Below, in pieces: positions 21,172 to 31,821 of a DNA stretch of 64,000 nt. The position numbers were made by a program, and so were the translations under genes. The stretch is from Aulosira sp. ZfuVER01 (GTDB lineage Bacteria > Cyanobacteriota > Cyanobacteriia > Cyanobacteriales > Nostocaceae), in the NCBI GenBank assembly GCA_034530615.2, contig JAVRCV020000028.1, forward strand, positions 77,919 to 141,918, given 5' to 3'. Each line of letters starts with the position of its first letter. Positions within the stretch are counted from its first letter, which is position 1. Under the pieces are notes generated by a model. That model had not been told where the DNA came from and made no database searches. It worked only from the letters and a program-made list of their open reading frames with translations.

Positions 21172-21711
21172 ATGAGACGTACAACAACTAGTAGATCGGC
21201 TAATAGTTCTAGATCATCTTCAATTCCATCTTCCATCTTTAACTTCACCACCATAGCAATTTTGGGGGGAGTGTTTGTATTGGGAATTGGAATTGGTATT
21301 GCTTTTAGCTCGACAACCACTTTATCTCCATCGAATGTGGCTTCCCGTGAATTTATTGATACTAAAGCACCAAATCCTGAGATTTGCGTGCAATACGGAG
21401 CCAGCGCTATGGTGATGGATGCCAGACTTTTTGTAACTCTTAACCCTTTCAATGTCTACGTTGCTCAACCTAGTATGCGCCCTGGATGCGTTCTCCGCCA
21501 AAATAACTGGGCACTTTTAGAGCAGCGAAAGCTGGTTACATCTGACCAAGTAAGAGAATGTAAAAATCGCCTGAACACTTTTGGCTTCACAGGTAACTTA
21601 GACACTGACAAACCTGATATTAGATGTATATATCAAAATGAAGCTGCTCAAAACTTCTTCATGTCTCAACCAGGAGCAGTTTCCGCACCGCAAGAAACGG
21701 ATAGATTTTAA
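21172..21711 (+). CDS. Conserved cyanobacterial membrane-anchored protein (DUF3172-like)
   Basis: Single TM; ASREFID..APNPEICVQYGASA, LNPFNVYVAQP..PGCVLR, CKNRLNTFGFTG. Confidence 0.8.
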   Translation: MRRTTTSRSANSSRSSSIPSSIFNFTTIAILGGVFVLGIGIGIAFSSTTTLSPSNVASREFIDTKAPNPEICVQYGASAMVMDARLFVTLNPFNVYVAQPSMRPGCVLRQNNWALLEQRKLVTSDQVRECKNRLNTFGFTGNLDTDKPDIRCIYQNEAAQNFFMSQPGAVSAPQETDRF

Positions 21712-22159
21712 ATAGGCGTAAAGCTAGCGATCGGGTTCTTCTGCATTTATCGAAGGGCACTTGGTGAGTGTAAAACCTTCAAATGCAACAGATTTCTGCG
21801 CTTTCTTAACACCCATAAATACTGAGGCGAAGCCAATTGTTTGCGATTATGATGGACGGCGGACTATAAAAAAATAGCGATTTTTCATAACTAGCTACTC
21901 TGTATCTACACCTGGAAACCTATGGCGCTAGGAAACGTCATCAGAGTAACCAGTCCACAACTTCTTAGTTAAGGGATATCTAAAAAACAGACAAACCCTC
22001 GACCAGACTTAATGATGTGCTGGAGAAATAGTTCTCCAACGCACCATAGTCTTCCAAAAAAGGGACGAGATTTGGGTAATATAAAGGAGCTATCTTTTCT
22101 GCATAGCAGATACCGAGAGAGAGATTTTCTGTTTCTCATACCTTTTGGAGATATCTCTG

Positions 22160-22276
22160 ATGCTTACTTTAAAAATCGTTGTTTATATTGTTGTTGCCTT
22201 CTTTGTGACTATCTTCGTCTTTGGATTTTTGTCGAACGATCCAGCTCGTAACCCCGGTCGTCGGGATTTAGAGTAA
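22160..22276 (+). CDS. psbI: Photosystem II reaction centre protein I (38 aa); below the ORF-track cutoff
   Basis: Hand translation [45 protein letters not shown] upstream. Confidence 0.97.
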   Translation: MLTLKIVVYIVVAFFVTIFVFGFLSNDPARNPGRRDLE

Positions 22277-22545
22277 AAGCGCGATTGATAATCCGCGTAG
22301 TAATGCCGGAAGGCCGAAGACACTAAAAGCTATGGACACTTGCTGGAATGGGAATTCACCCTCCAAACATTGGCTACAAGGAGGAAAATCCCAAAGTTGA
22401 CCCAGAAGGAAACCCTCCTGGCGGCTTAGTGTTCTTGTCCGGCCAGCTTCCTGCAAAGAGGCAGACAGCAAAGTCGGAAGGCAAAAAGTGTAATTCATCC
22501 TTCCGGCTACTTATTGGCTATTTGTTAGCTTGATTGTGCTGAAAT

Positions 22546-25125
22546 ATGCTTCATCCAGTTCTGCCACCTGCACCACCTCCGATTACGGAAGCGTTACAAC
22601 CTGCAAAGACTACCTCATCTGCTAGTGATACCAAGTTTAATTTATTAATAGCAGTAGATACTGGGAACCAGGAAAATCAAGAGACATCCCAGCAGCAACA
22701 AGCAAAGCCACAGCCTTTAACTGTAGGGAAAAAGCAAAAGTCTCTGTCTCTGCCAGAGAGGCTGAAACTGAGTCGAGAGAACTTAGTATTTTCCTCAACC
22801 CTAGCTAAAGTTAATCCCCCGGAAACTTTTCCACCAGAATCTTCTTCCCCAATTGCTCCGAAGAGTGCTGCATTGTTGGGGCAGCCATTAGCAATTGCTT
22901 ATCCTCAAAATGGCAGCAGTAGCTTGGATAAGCCAGCCACTATGGTATTAGCCGATTCAGCCCCAGGTGCTACCAGCAATCAGAACTTGTTCCCAAATGC
23001 ACAATTTACCCAACCAAAACAGCCATGTAATACTCAAACTGAGCAACCAGCCACAAGTAACAATATTGCGCCATCTGTTACTGAAAATACGCCGCCACCT
23101 CAACCGATAGAAAATACTATCGAATTCAAGTCTCGCAGTCCAACCAACGGGTCATCAACACCCTCAACAATAGAATTTAAATCTCCGCAGCAACAAGTAC
23201 CAGCACCTCAGGGAGACACAACAAATCAACCACCTGGTACAAATCCCCCAGCCAGCACACAGCCTACTAGACAAAGAACGGTAGAAGTTATTTCCGATCG
23301 CCAAATTTTTGACGACCAACGCCGGATTGTCACCGCCGAAGGAAATGTGGTAGTGCGATTTGATGGGGCAGTAGTGGATGCCGATCGCCTACAAATAAAT
23401 TTAGATAACTTGATTGCTGTCGGAGAAGGCAACGTGGCATTGACACGTGGCGATCAGGTATTGCGAGGACAGCGTTTTACTTATAACTTTATTCAAGATA
23501 GTGGAGAACTGCAAAAGGGTAGGGGAGAAATTTACGTTCCCACAGCAGAAAAAGATGTAGCTTTTTTACCCACAGATGTCACCGCTGGAGGCATACCACA
23601 GCGTCCCGTGAGCGATCGCATTCGTTCCAATCAACCTCTGTCTGGTGTCAACAGTCCTGGAGGAATTGATATTACAGTCGGTGGGAGAGCCGATGCCAGA
23701 AACATTCCCCCACCAAAATCAGGAGGTTTAGTCAAACGCCTCCGTTTTGAAGCCGAAAGCATTGAATTTTATCCCCGTGGTTGGCAAGCCAAAGATGTCA
23801 GCATCACCAACGACCCTTTTTCACCTCCAGAACTAGTTTTACGCGCAGGGAATGTCACTCTAACACGGGAATCACCTTTAGTAGATAGAGTTAGAGCGCA
23901 GCAAGGGCGGTTAGTTTTTGACCAAAAGTTCGCTGTTGGTATTCCGCGAGAACAGCAGAGGATCGATCGCCGGGAACGTGAGGTGACACCAGCGATCGCT
24001 ACCCCTGGTTTTGATTCCGATCAGCGTGGCGGTTTATATATTGAACGTGGTTTTGAGGTTATAACTACAGACCAAACAAGCTGGACGATCGCGCCGCAGT
24101 TTTTTGCGCAAAAAGCTGTAGAAGAAGGTACTGGAGATTTAGCAGGGCTGTTTGGACTCAGGAGCAAACTCAATGTGGTTTTGAATCCCAAGGCTGTAAT
24201 TGAAGGTAAAGGCGAGTTAACCAGTCTCAACTTAGGTGAAGTTGAAAACAACCTCAAAGCTAGTTTGCGGTTGCGCCAAACATTAGGCGATCAAAATCCC
24301 CATTTATTAAATCTAGAATACAGCTACCGCGATCGCCTCTATAACGGTACTCTGGGCTATCAAACAGTTCAAAGTAGTCTTGGTGGCGTACTCATTTCTC
24401 CCGTGATTCCTCTAGGTAAAAGTGGCATTAACCTCAGCTATCAAGCAGGTGCGCAGTATATTAATGCCAATACCGATCGCCTCGATCTCCTAGAACCTAA
24501 TCGGGAAAACGATCGCATCTCCCTAGGTCGCCTCCAAAGTAGTGCTGCTCTCAGTGGTGGCTTGTTGTTATGGCAAGGGCAACCATTACCGCCCACCGCT
24601 ACTGAGGGATTACGATACACACCCAACCAAGTAGTTCCTTACTTGCGAGCGATCGCTGGTGTGACAGGTACTACTAGTTATTACACCAATGGTGATAACC
24701 AAAGCACCCTAATTGGCACAATAGGTTTAGAAGGGCAGATTGGTCATTTTTCCCGACCTTATTTCGACTATACCGCCTTTAATGTTAGCTATTCCCAAGG
24801 TTTTACTAGTGGATTATCGCCTTTTCTATTCGATCGCGCTGTTGACAATAGAGTATTGAGTGCTGGGATTACACAGCAAATCTACGGCCCATTTCGCTTA
24901 GGCTTTCAGACATCCGTTAACTTAGATACAGGTAGAGAAAGTAGCACCGACTATATTGTGGAATATAGCCGTCGCACCTATGGATTAACCTTACGTTACA
25001 ATCCTGTACTCGAATTAGGCGGCATTAGCTTCCGAATTAGTGACTTTAACTGGAGTGGTGGCACCGATCCCTTCTCTGGAGAAGAAGTTAAGCCTGTTGT
25101 TGGTGGTGTGCGCCAGGAGCGTTAG
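22546..25125 (+). CDS. LptD/OstA-like outer-membrane protein (DUF3769)
   Basis: P/S/T-rich N-terminus, OstA-like VTAEGNV...ADRL...GEGNV segment, C-terminal beta-strand-rich domain with ITNDPFSPPEL and QQIYGPFR. Confidence 0.8.
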   Translation: MLHPVLPPAPPPITEALQPAKTTSSASDTKFNLLIAVDTGNQENQETSQQQQAKPQPLTVGKKQKSLSLPERLKLSRENLVFSSTLAKVNPPETFPPESSSPIAPKSAALLGQPLAIAYPQNGSSSLDKPATMVLADSAPGATSNQNLFPNAQFTQPKQPCNTQTEQPATSNNIAPSVTENTPPPQPIENTIEFKSRSPTNGSSTPSTIEFKSPQQQVPAPQGDTTNQPPGTNPPASTQPTRQRTVEVISDRQIFDDQRRIVTAEGNVVVRFDGAVVDADRLQINLDNLIAVGEGNVALTRGDQVLRGQRFTYNFIQDSGELQKGRGEIYVPTAEKDVAFLPTDVTAGGIPQRPVSDRIRSNQPLSGVNSPGGIDITVGGRADARNIPPPKSGGLVKRLRFEAESIEFYPRGWQAKDVSITNDPFSPPELVLRAGNVTLTRESPLVDRVRAQQGRLVFDQKFAVGIPREQQRIDRREREVTPAIATPGFDSDQRGGLYIERGFEVITTDQTSWTIAPQFFAQKAVEEGTGDLAGLFGLRSKLNVVLNPKAVIEGKGELTSLNLGEVENNLKASLRLRQTLGDQNPHLLNLEYSYRDRLYNGTLGYQTVQSSLGGVLISPVIPLGKSGINLSYQAGAQYINANTDRLDLLEPNRENDRISLGRLQSSAALSGGLLLWQGQPLPPTATEGLRYTPNQVVPYLRAIAGVTGTTSYYTNGDNQSTLIGTIGLEGQIGHFSRPYFDYTAFNVSYSQGFTSGLSPFLFDRAVDNRVLSAGITQQIYGPFRLGFQTSVNLDTGRESSTDYIVEYSRRTYGLTLRYNPVLELGGISFRISDFNWSGGTDPFSGEEVKPVVGGVRQER

Positions 25126-25216
25126 GAAGTGTGGTGAGTGTGGGGAGGATGAGGGAGATGAGGGGGACAAGGGAGAAAAATCATCAATGCCCAATGCCCA
25201 ATGACAAATACCATTT

Positions 25217-26737
25217 TCATTCATCATCTTCAGGCGGAGAAAATTCTGAATTTAGGGGCAAAATTATTGTAAAAGTTGTACCGACCCCTACTTGGCTGGT
25301 AACACTGATTTCACCATTGTGAGCTTCGACGCATCTTTTGACAATGACTAAACCCAGTCCATTACCCTGAATCAATTTTACATTTGAAGCTCGATAAAAC
25401 GATTCAAAAAGACGATTTTTGTCTGCTTCGGGAATACCAATTCCTTGGTCTTGAACTCGAAAAGTTACTCTACCTTCAACAGGATTGCATCTGAGATCGA
25501 GGTGAATTGTTCCGCCTGTAGGAGAATATTTCACTGCGTTTGAAAGTAGATTTCCTAACATATAATGTAAGAGGCGTTCATCCATCCAAGCCTCTGTAAA
25601 GTCATTGTTAGAGGTAAATACAAATTTATGCAAGTCACTTTCAATCAGAGAAAATTCTTCAATTAAATCTCGACAAAATGCTTCCAGGTTTATAGGCCCT
25701 GGATTAAATCCCAGTTTTCCTGCCTCAGATCGACCCATAAATAGAACATCTTCCATGAGGTGTTTCATGGTTTGCACAGCACTTTGAATTCGCTTGACGT
25801 AGGTTTTTCTTTTTGCCTCTGATAAATTAGTTCCCTGAATTTCAATTAGCTCAATTGCAGTTTGAATCACAGTTAGGGGATTGCGAAATTCATGAGAAAC
25901 AGTAGAGATAAATAAAGACTTGAGACGATTAACTTCTTGCTCTTTTTCCAAAGCTTGCTCGAGCAATTCTGTTTGTCGCCTTTCACTCATATCCCAAAAA
26001 ACGACTACAACACCATTTACTTGATCTGGTCGTCGCATTAGGGGTGAAGCACTATCGCCAATTGGCACTCTTCTACCATCTTTGGAAATGAGGGAAATGT
26101 AATCTCCTAAATAAACAACATTATGCTCTCGCAGCACTTTTGTTACAGGATTTTCTATCGTAGCATCTGTTACTTCATCAACAAGATTAAAAATCTTTGA
26201 CACCTCAGTTCCTAAAGCATCTTCTTTTTGCCAGCCTGTCAACGTTTCAGATGCGGGATTCATAAATGTTACAAGTCCTCGCTCGTCTGTGGCAATTACA
26301 GCATCGCTCATTGAGTTTAAAAGGGTTGCCAACTGATCGCGATTCTCTCTTAGTTCGCATTCAAGTCGGTATTTTAACATAGCTATTTCTATAGCTATTT
26401 GTAAATCTTTGATAGTAAAGGGTTTAACAATATATCCAAAAGGTTGAGTAACTTTTGCCCGTTCTAAAGTATTAGCATCACCGTAGGCTGTGAGAAAAAT
26501 TACGGGAATGTCTAATTGCCCACGAATATAACTAGCAGCAGCAATACCATCCATATCTCCTTTCAGGATAATATCCATTAAAACTATTTCTGGTTTAGTT
26601 TCCAATGCCTTGGCAATGGCAACTTTTCCTGAAGAAGCTGTACCGGTCACAATATAACCTAATTGATTGAGTTGGCTAGCAATAGTTCTGGCCACAATCA
26701 CTTCATCTTCTACAACTAAAACCCTCACCTGAACCAT
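25217..26737 (-). CDS. Hybrid kinase: receiver-PAS-HisKA-HATPase
   Basis: VLVVEDE...VLMD...KPF receiver; PAS; SHEFRNPL H-box; NLLSNAVKYS, DQGIG, GLGL boxes. Confidence 0.93.
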   Translation of the reverse strand: MVQVRVLVVEDEVIVARTIASQLNQLGYIVTGTASSGKVAIAKALETKPEIVLMDIILKGDMDGIAAASYIRGQLDIPVIFLTAYGDANTLERAKVTQPFGYIVKPFTIKDLQIAIEIAMLKYRLECELRENRDQLATLLNSMSDAVIATDERGLVTFMNPASETLTGWQKEDALGTEVSKIFNLVDEVTDATIENPVTKVLREHNVVYLGDYISLISKDGRRVPIGDSASPLMRRPDQVNGVVVVFWDMSERRQTELLEQALEKEQEVNRLKSLFISTVSHEFRNPLTVIQTAIELIEIQGTNLSEAKRKTYVKRIQSAVQTMKHLMEDVLFMGRSEAGKLGFNPGPINLEAFCRDLIEEFSLIESDLHKFVFTSNNDFTEAWMDERLLHYMLGNLLSNAVKYSPTGGTIHLDLRCNPVEGRVTFRVQDQGIGIPEADKNRLFESFYRASNVKLIQGNGLGLVIVKRCVEAHNGEISVTSQVGVGTTFTIILPLNSEFSPPEDDE

Positions 26738-26749
26738 TGACGTTTACTG

Positions 26750-29548
26750 CTATAAAGTTAACTGGGGAAATATAATTTTAAATACTGTTTCGCAATCGGT
26801 TTCTAAAGTTATCGTTCCTTCTAGTTGTTCTGTAACCAAGTCATAAACTAAAGAAAGACCTAACGAATTAGTATCTCTCCAATTAACATCTTGTTGGAAA
26901 CCGATACCATTATCACTAATAGTCATTTCAATACTATCATTGAGACAGCGTAATCTAATAATGATATTGCCTACTTTTTGGTTAGGAAAAGCGTGTTTGA
27001 GAGCATTGGAGATTAATTCATTGATAATTAAACCACAAGCAATGGCTTGGTCAACATTTAAGCTGACAGGATCTATATCAGTTTCTAATCCAATCTCCGC
27101 AGGTGATACCTGATAAGAAATTAATAAACTGGTGGCTAAATTTTGGATATAGTCAGCAACATCAAGTTGCCCAATATTAGGAGCAGTGTATAAATTTCTG
27201 TGAATTAATGAGATTGAATCTATCCGATTTTGACTGTCTCTTAAAACGCGGATGACTTCAGGATCGGTGAGGGTTTGGGACTGGAGTTGCAACAAACTCG
27301 AGACAATTTGTAAGTTATTTTTAACTCGATGATGAATCTCCTTTAATAAGACTTCTTTTTCTGCTAATGCACTTCTTAATTCCACTTCCGCTTTCTGTCT
27401 TTGGGCAATTTCAATTTGGGCTTGCTGAAGAATGGTAGATTGTTGAATAGCGATCGCTATTGACACCGATAGTTGATCGAGCAAATCTAATTGGTGTTCT
27501 TCCCACTCCCGAGTCCGAGAACATTGGTGTGCAATTAGTAAACCCCACAGGCCAGAGCCAGGATTTTCTTCACTGACTTGTAAGAGAATGGGTACTACTA
27601 AATTTGCTTTAACCTCAAACTGTTTTAACAGGTTAATATGACATTCAGTTAGTCCAGCTTCATAAATGTTAGCGATCGCTCTTTTATGACCTTGGTAATA
27701 CTGCTTACCTCCGCCTGTTTGAAAACACGTATCTACTATCTGTGCATCTATCGAAGCTGTCCAGCCATTCACCACAGATTCCGCCACAACTGTAGCGCTC
27801 ATATCTGAAGCAAACCGTAGAACTATCACCCTATCTACCTGAAGTAAATCTCGTACTTCTTTCACCGTAGCATCAAGGATATCTTGAAGATTTAACGATT
27901 GACGAATTCGCCCTGTAACGGTTCGCATCAATTGCTCCCGTTCAACTTGAGTTTTTAAAGCCTGTTCAGTTTGCTTGCGTTCTGTGATATTTTGCCCAAT
28001 ACCAATGATTTGCCCATTTTCCAAGTTAACATTAGTCCAAGAAGTATCAATTACACGACCTGCTTGAGTTTGAGTTCTAAAGTCACACCAAACTTTTTGC
28101 GCAGACTGAATAAAATTAACCACATATTGATAATCTTCTGGGTTTGGATATAAAACCTCAAGAACATCACAATTTTGGAAATCTTGAAAATTCCAACCTA
28201 AAATTCGTTCCCACTCTTGGTTTACCCATTGCAGTTTACCGTTAACATCAATGAGTGAAATCATCAACGGAATACTCTCAAATATATTCCGCAGCAATTT
28301 ATTTTGTTGTTGGAGGTTTGTTTCTGCGTTTTTGCGATCTGTGATGTCATAAAAAGCTTTTAAAATAGCAGATTCTCCATTAAATGTGAGAAACTGCACT
28401 GAAGCAATTGCCCAAAATGAAGTGCCATCTGGTCTTTTAAATTGGACTTCGTGATTATGAACATAGCCTTGTTGGGCTAGAGCTTCTAATATTAATTGTC
28501 GCTCGTCTGGGTTGTGATAAAATTCTGAAGCTTGCCGAGAATTAATTAAATCTTCTGGATCTAATAGGAATGTTTGGCTAAACTCTTGGTTGGCATATAA
28601 AATTAACCCGTCAGTCAGGCGTGAGATAAACAAGGGGATGGGAATCGCTTCGGAAATTGCCCGTAATCTGGCTTCGCTCTCATGAAGCGTTTGTTCTATT
28701 TTTTTGCGATTGGTAATGTCTCTGATCACTCCTAAGCGAGCGTTGTGACCAGCATATTCTATTGAGTGTGCGAAAACTTCAACATCAATAATCTGTCCGT
28801 CTTTGCGGCGGTGCTTCCATTCTCTAGAGCAGTTTACATTAGTCTTTTTTTGGGCGAAATGTTGTTCTATAACAGGCACATCTTCTGGAATCAGAATGTC
28901 AGTTAAACGCAATTGCAAAAACTCTTCTCGAGAGTAACCATAATTAATTACAGCAGCATTATTGACATTTAAAAATCTCAGGTTATGGCAATCAATCACC
29001 CACATGGGGTTAGGATGATTCAGAAAAAGTATATTGAAATTTTTTTGGCTTTCATGAATAATTTTTTCTCGATGGAAATCTAAATATTTAATGATTTGTC
29101 GCGCTAATTTTTTTAATATTGCTTGTTCTTTGTCGCTGAAATTACGAGGGACAGAATCAAATACACAAAGACTACCTATAGCAAAACCGTTTGCAGTAAT
29201 TAGGGGAACTCCTGCATAGGAACAGCAATAAGGTGCTGAAATCACCAGAGGATTTGCAGCAAATCGCTGATCCTGCAAGATATCTGGGATGATTAATATT
29301 TCACTTTCAAGAATCGTGTAAGTACCAAAGGAAATGCAGCGAGGAATTTCCGATTGATTGATTCCGACTTTCGACTTAAACCATTCTCGTTCAGCATCGA
29401 CTAGACTAATCAGCGCGATTGGCACATCACACACATCAGCCGCCAACTGGGCAAGGTCATCAAAAATTTCTTCTGGTGGTGTATCTAAAATTTGATATTG
29501 ATGGAGTAATTCCAGTCGTTGCTGTTCATTTTTAGGTAATATTATCAC
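26750..29548 (-). CDS. GAF-3xPAS-cyanobacteriochrome GAF (DXCF) histidine kinase, HisKA_2 type
   Basis: N-terminal GAF (YQILDT.PE..FDDL); three PAS; CBCR GAF with DTCF and CH motifs and KANLVVPI, LWGLLIAHQC; EIHHRVKNNLQ H-box. Confidence 0.9.
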   Translation of the reverse strand: MIILPKNEQQRLELLHQYQILDTPPEEIFDDLAQLAADVCDVPIALISLVDAEREWFKSKVGINQSEIPRCISFGTYTILESEILIIPDILQDQRFAANPLVISAPYCCSYAGVPLITANGFAIGSLCVFDSVPRNFSDKEQAILKKLARQIIKYLDFHREKIIHESQKNFNILFLNHPNPMWVIDCHNLRFLNVNNAAVINYGYSREEFLQLRLTDILIPEDVPVIEQHFAQKKTNVNCSREWKHRRKDGQIIDVEVFAHSIEYAGHNARLGVIRDITNRKKIEQTLHESEARLRAISEAIPIPLFISRLTDGLILYANQEFSQTFLLDPEDLINSRQASEFYHNPDERQLILEALAQQGYVHNHEVQFKRPDGTSFWAIASVQFLTFNGESAILKAFYDITDRKNAETNLQQQNKLLRNIFESIPLMISLIDVNGKLQWVNQEWERILGWNFQDFQNCDVLEVLYPNPEDYQYVVNFIQSAQKVWCDFRTQTQAGRVIDTSWTNVNLENGQIIGIGQNITERKQTEQALKTQVEREQLMRTVTGRIRQSLNLQDILDATVKEVRDLLQVDRVIVLRFASDMSATVVAESVVNGWTASIDAQIVDTCFQTGGGKQYYQGHKRAIANIYEAGLTECHINLLKQFEVKANLVVPILLQVSEENPGSGLWGLLIAHQCSRTREWEEHQLDLLDQLSVSIAIAIQQSTILQQAQIEIAQRQKAEVELRSALAEKEVLLKEIHHRVKNNLQIVSSLLQLQSQTLTDPEVIRVLRDSQNRIDSISLIHRNLYTAPNIGQLDVADYIQNLATSLLISYQVSPAEIGLETDIDPVSLNVDQAIACGLIINELISNALKHAFPNQKVGNIIIRLRCLNDSIEMTISDNGIGFQQDVNWRDTNSLGLSLVYDLVTEQLEGTITLETDCETVFKIIFPQLTL

Positions 29549-30005
29549 TGATCGCTTGGCAAAAATTTATTTAAAATGTTTTACGTAAATAGGTAATCTG
29601 GGTTCTCTTGTATAAACTCTTCACTATGCTATCTGCAATGAATTAAAGCTTATTCCTGAATTAACAGGTTGTTTATGATATGGGTTAAGAAAAATAATAC
29701 TCCCTCATCAAAACTTTTAACAGAATGCAGTTACTATTTGCAACATGATGCATTTATGATGTTTTTACAAGATTAATCTCAACAGCCGTTCAACGAAATT
29801 GCGATCGCCTATTTTGCGAAAATAATATATGCGATCGCGCAACAAACCTTTCTCCTCAAGCCATACTCAGTCCCTTGACTTCCTTAAAGTCTTGGCGGTA
29901 CCTTTGCTTGTATTTTAACGTAAGGGTTTGGAGACGGTTTCTTTGCATACAGGTTCACCGCATCTTTCCATCTCCACGTCTTCGTCTGTGCATCTGTGGT
30001 TTGTT

Positions 30006-31538
30006 CTATCTCGGTCGTCCCAATGTAGTAATGTAGAGAGCTGCCTCATCTGTAGGAATGCCTAGAACTTCATTTACTTGGTCGTCAAAAAAACCACCAA
30101 TACCGCTGACACCTATATTGAGTTGAGTTGCTGCTAAATTCAATCTTTGTCCTAAATGTCCAGCATCCATGTGCAAATAACGATAGACGCGATCGCCATA
30201 CTGAGCGATCGCAGATTTCAGGTCTGCTGTATGAAATAACACTGCGGCGGCATCTCGTCCTAAATCTTGTCCCAAGCAGAGAAAGTGTAACTCTCGCCGG
30301 AAGTTTTTAAAGCGAATTTGTCTTAATTCTTGCGCTTTAGGAGCATAATAGTAACAGCCTGTTTCTAATCCTTTGACCCCGCAAACTGCAATAAATGTTT
30401 CAATTAAATTTAGGTCAAAGTAATCTGGAGAACGATCTAAATTTTGGTAGATGTAATTTTGGGGTTGGTAAGTGAAATCAAGTAAAGCTTTGAGTTCATC
30501 AAAGGTCAAATCTTCACCACTGTAAGCACGGGTAGAACGGCGCTTGTGCATGGTGTTTTCCAGTTCTACCAGATTTTCTCCCCAAGAAATAGGTGTGGTA
30601 GCTGTGGAAATTTTCAGACAGAAAGGAAAATTGTATTTATCCTCTAAGGATCTGTCTTGTTTTACCTCTGGTAAATTGAGTTTGCCAGTTGTCCCTGTTT
30701 GTATCTGCGTCTGGCGATGAAAATACTTCAGCAGTTCGCCATCGGGGATAGTGGGGTAATCAGTTTCGGTAGCAGAAGGTAAAGCAGTGCGTCCCAATGG
30801 TAAATTTTGTTTGATATCTAATAAGTCTGCCAAAGGTAGAACTGCGATCGCTCCTTCTTGTTGCGGCTCGATATAAAGTAGATCGTTGACCGCTTCATCA
30901 ACAAAACCGCCGATCAAGTGGGGGCGATAGTCATTAACCGCCGCAGCTAACTCGATATTCCCTAACAGGTGTCCTGTATCTAAAAAAATCCGGCGGTAAG
31001 CCCGATCTTCATATCGCCAAGCAGAACGATAGAATACCGCAGTAATTATAATTGCCAGTTGAGTATTTTCCAGGGACGGATGCCAAAAACAAGCTGCTTG
31101 TAAAGCTTGCCAAACGTCGCTTTCCCAATACTGCATCAGTGAATGAGTCCGACACTGGTAGTTATATAGCCCAGGTGGTAACAACTGGCTCCCCCTAGAA
31201 ACTACATATACCTCAGCCGGGTACAACCCACCAGCACTAGGAGCAGATCGTAAATACACCGCACTGCCCATAGAAGGCATTTTCGCCGTTAGCCCATAAC
31301 TACGAAACAATAGCCGTGAAAGTCTTTGCCACCATTTTGCATCTGCACTGTCACTAGAAGCCTCGGAATTTTCTTGCAGGTAGGGTTTAAGGTCGAAAGA
31401 CGAGCCAATTCTGTACTCTTTGAACGGTACTGGTTGTTTAGCCCAATCTAACCTCTGACTTTTTGAAGCTAGCGTTTCAGGGTTATATTTAGTGCGTTCG
31501 TGGTAGTGCTGGGCAATTGATTGGTGTATTTCTGGCAT
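30006..31538 (-). CDS. SagB/ThcOx family FMN-dependent oxidoreductase with two nitroreductase-like domains
   Basis: YHERTKY, RSAPSAGGLYP, RYEDRAYR..LDTGH; second domain RRSTRAY, YRYLHMDAGHLGQ, GIGGFFDD. Confidence 0.9.
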   Translation of the reverse strand: MPEIHQSIAQHYHERTKYNPETLASKSQRLDWAKQPVPFKEYRIGSSFDLKPYLQENSEASSDSADAKWWQRLSRLLFRSYGLTAKMPSMGSAVYLRSAPSAGGLYPAEVYVVSRGSQLLPPGLYNYQCRTHSLMQYWESDVWQALQAACFWHPSLENTQLAIIITAVFYRSAWRYEDRAYRRIFLDTGHLLGNIELAAAVNDYRPHLIGGFVDEAVNDLLYIEPQQEGAIAVLPLADLLDIKQNLPLGRTALPSATETDYPTIPDGELLKYFHRQTQIQTGTTGKLNLPEVKQDRSLEDKYNFPFCLKISTATTPISWGENLVELENTMHKRRSTRAYSGEDLTFDELKALLDFTYQPQNYIYQNLDRSPDYFDLNLIETFIAVCGVKGLETGCYYYAPKAQELRQIRFKNFRRELHFLCLGQDLGRDAAAVLFHTADLKSAIAQYGDRVYRYLHMDAGHLGQRLNLAATQLNIGVSGIGGFFDDQVNEVLGIPTDEAALYITTLGRPR

Positions 31539-31821
31539 AGTACTTTCAATAGCATTGGGCGTCCTTTTTTGATCTTGGCATTCCTGCGTCTAATTATTTC
31601 GTGTTAATTGGTACAATCTTAATAATTACAATCTGATACTGAATAACTACTAGTGTGCAATTTCCTCATTAGTAGCTAATTCACGACTCAGAACTAAAGT
31701 TTTGATTCGTACATATTATCTTCTGCCTCTCCGAAGTTCCGATGCCTGCGGCAACCCCTTCGGTGTACGGAGGAAGCCTCCGCTCGGACTTCTCTGTGCC
31801 CTCTGCCTTTCTTTGTTAATT

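Noticed and set aside
25163..25188. 26-bp sequence repeated in inverted orientation at 34640..34665 as possible inversion ends
   Set aside because: Both copies sit inside STRR-type tracts after gene ends and look like an ordinary dispersed repeat; no recombinase is nearby.
30006..31538. RiPP (azole) biosynthetic cluster suggested by the SagB-type oxidase
   Set aside because: No YcaO cyclodehydratase or precursor peptide nearby; this double-domain form is a common stand-alone cyanobacterial gene.
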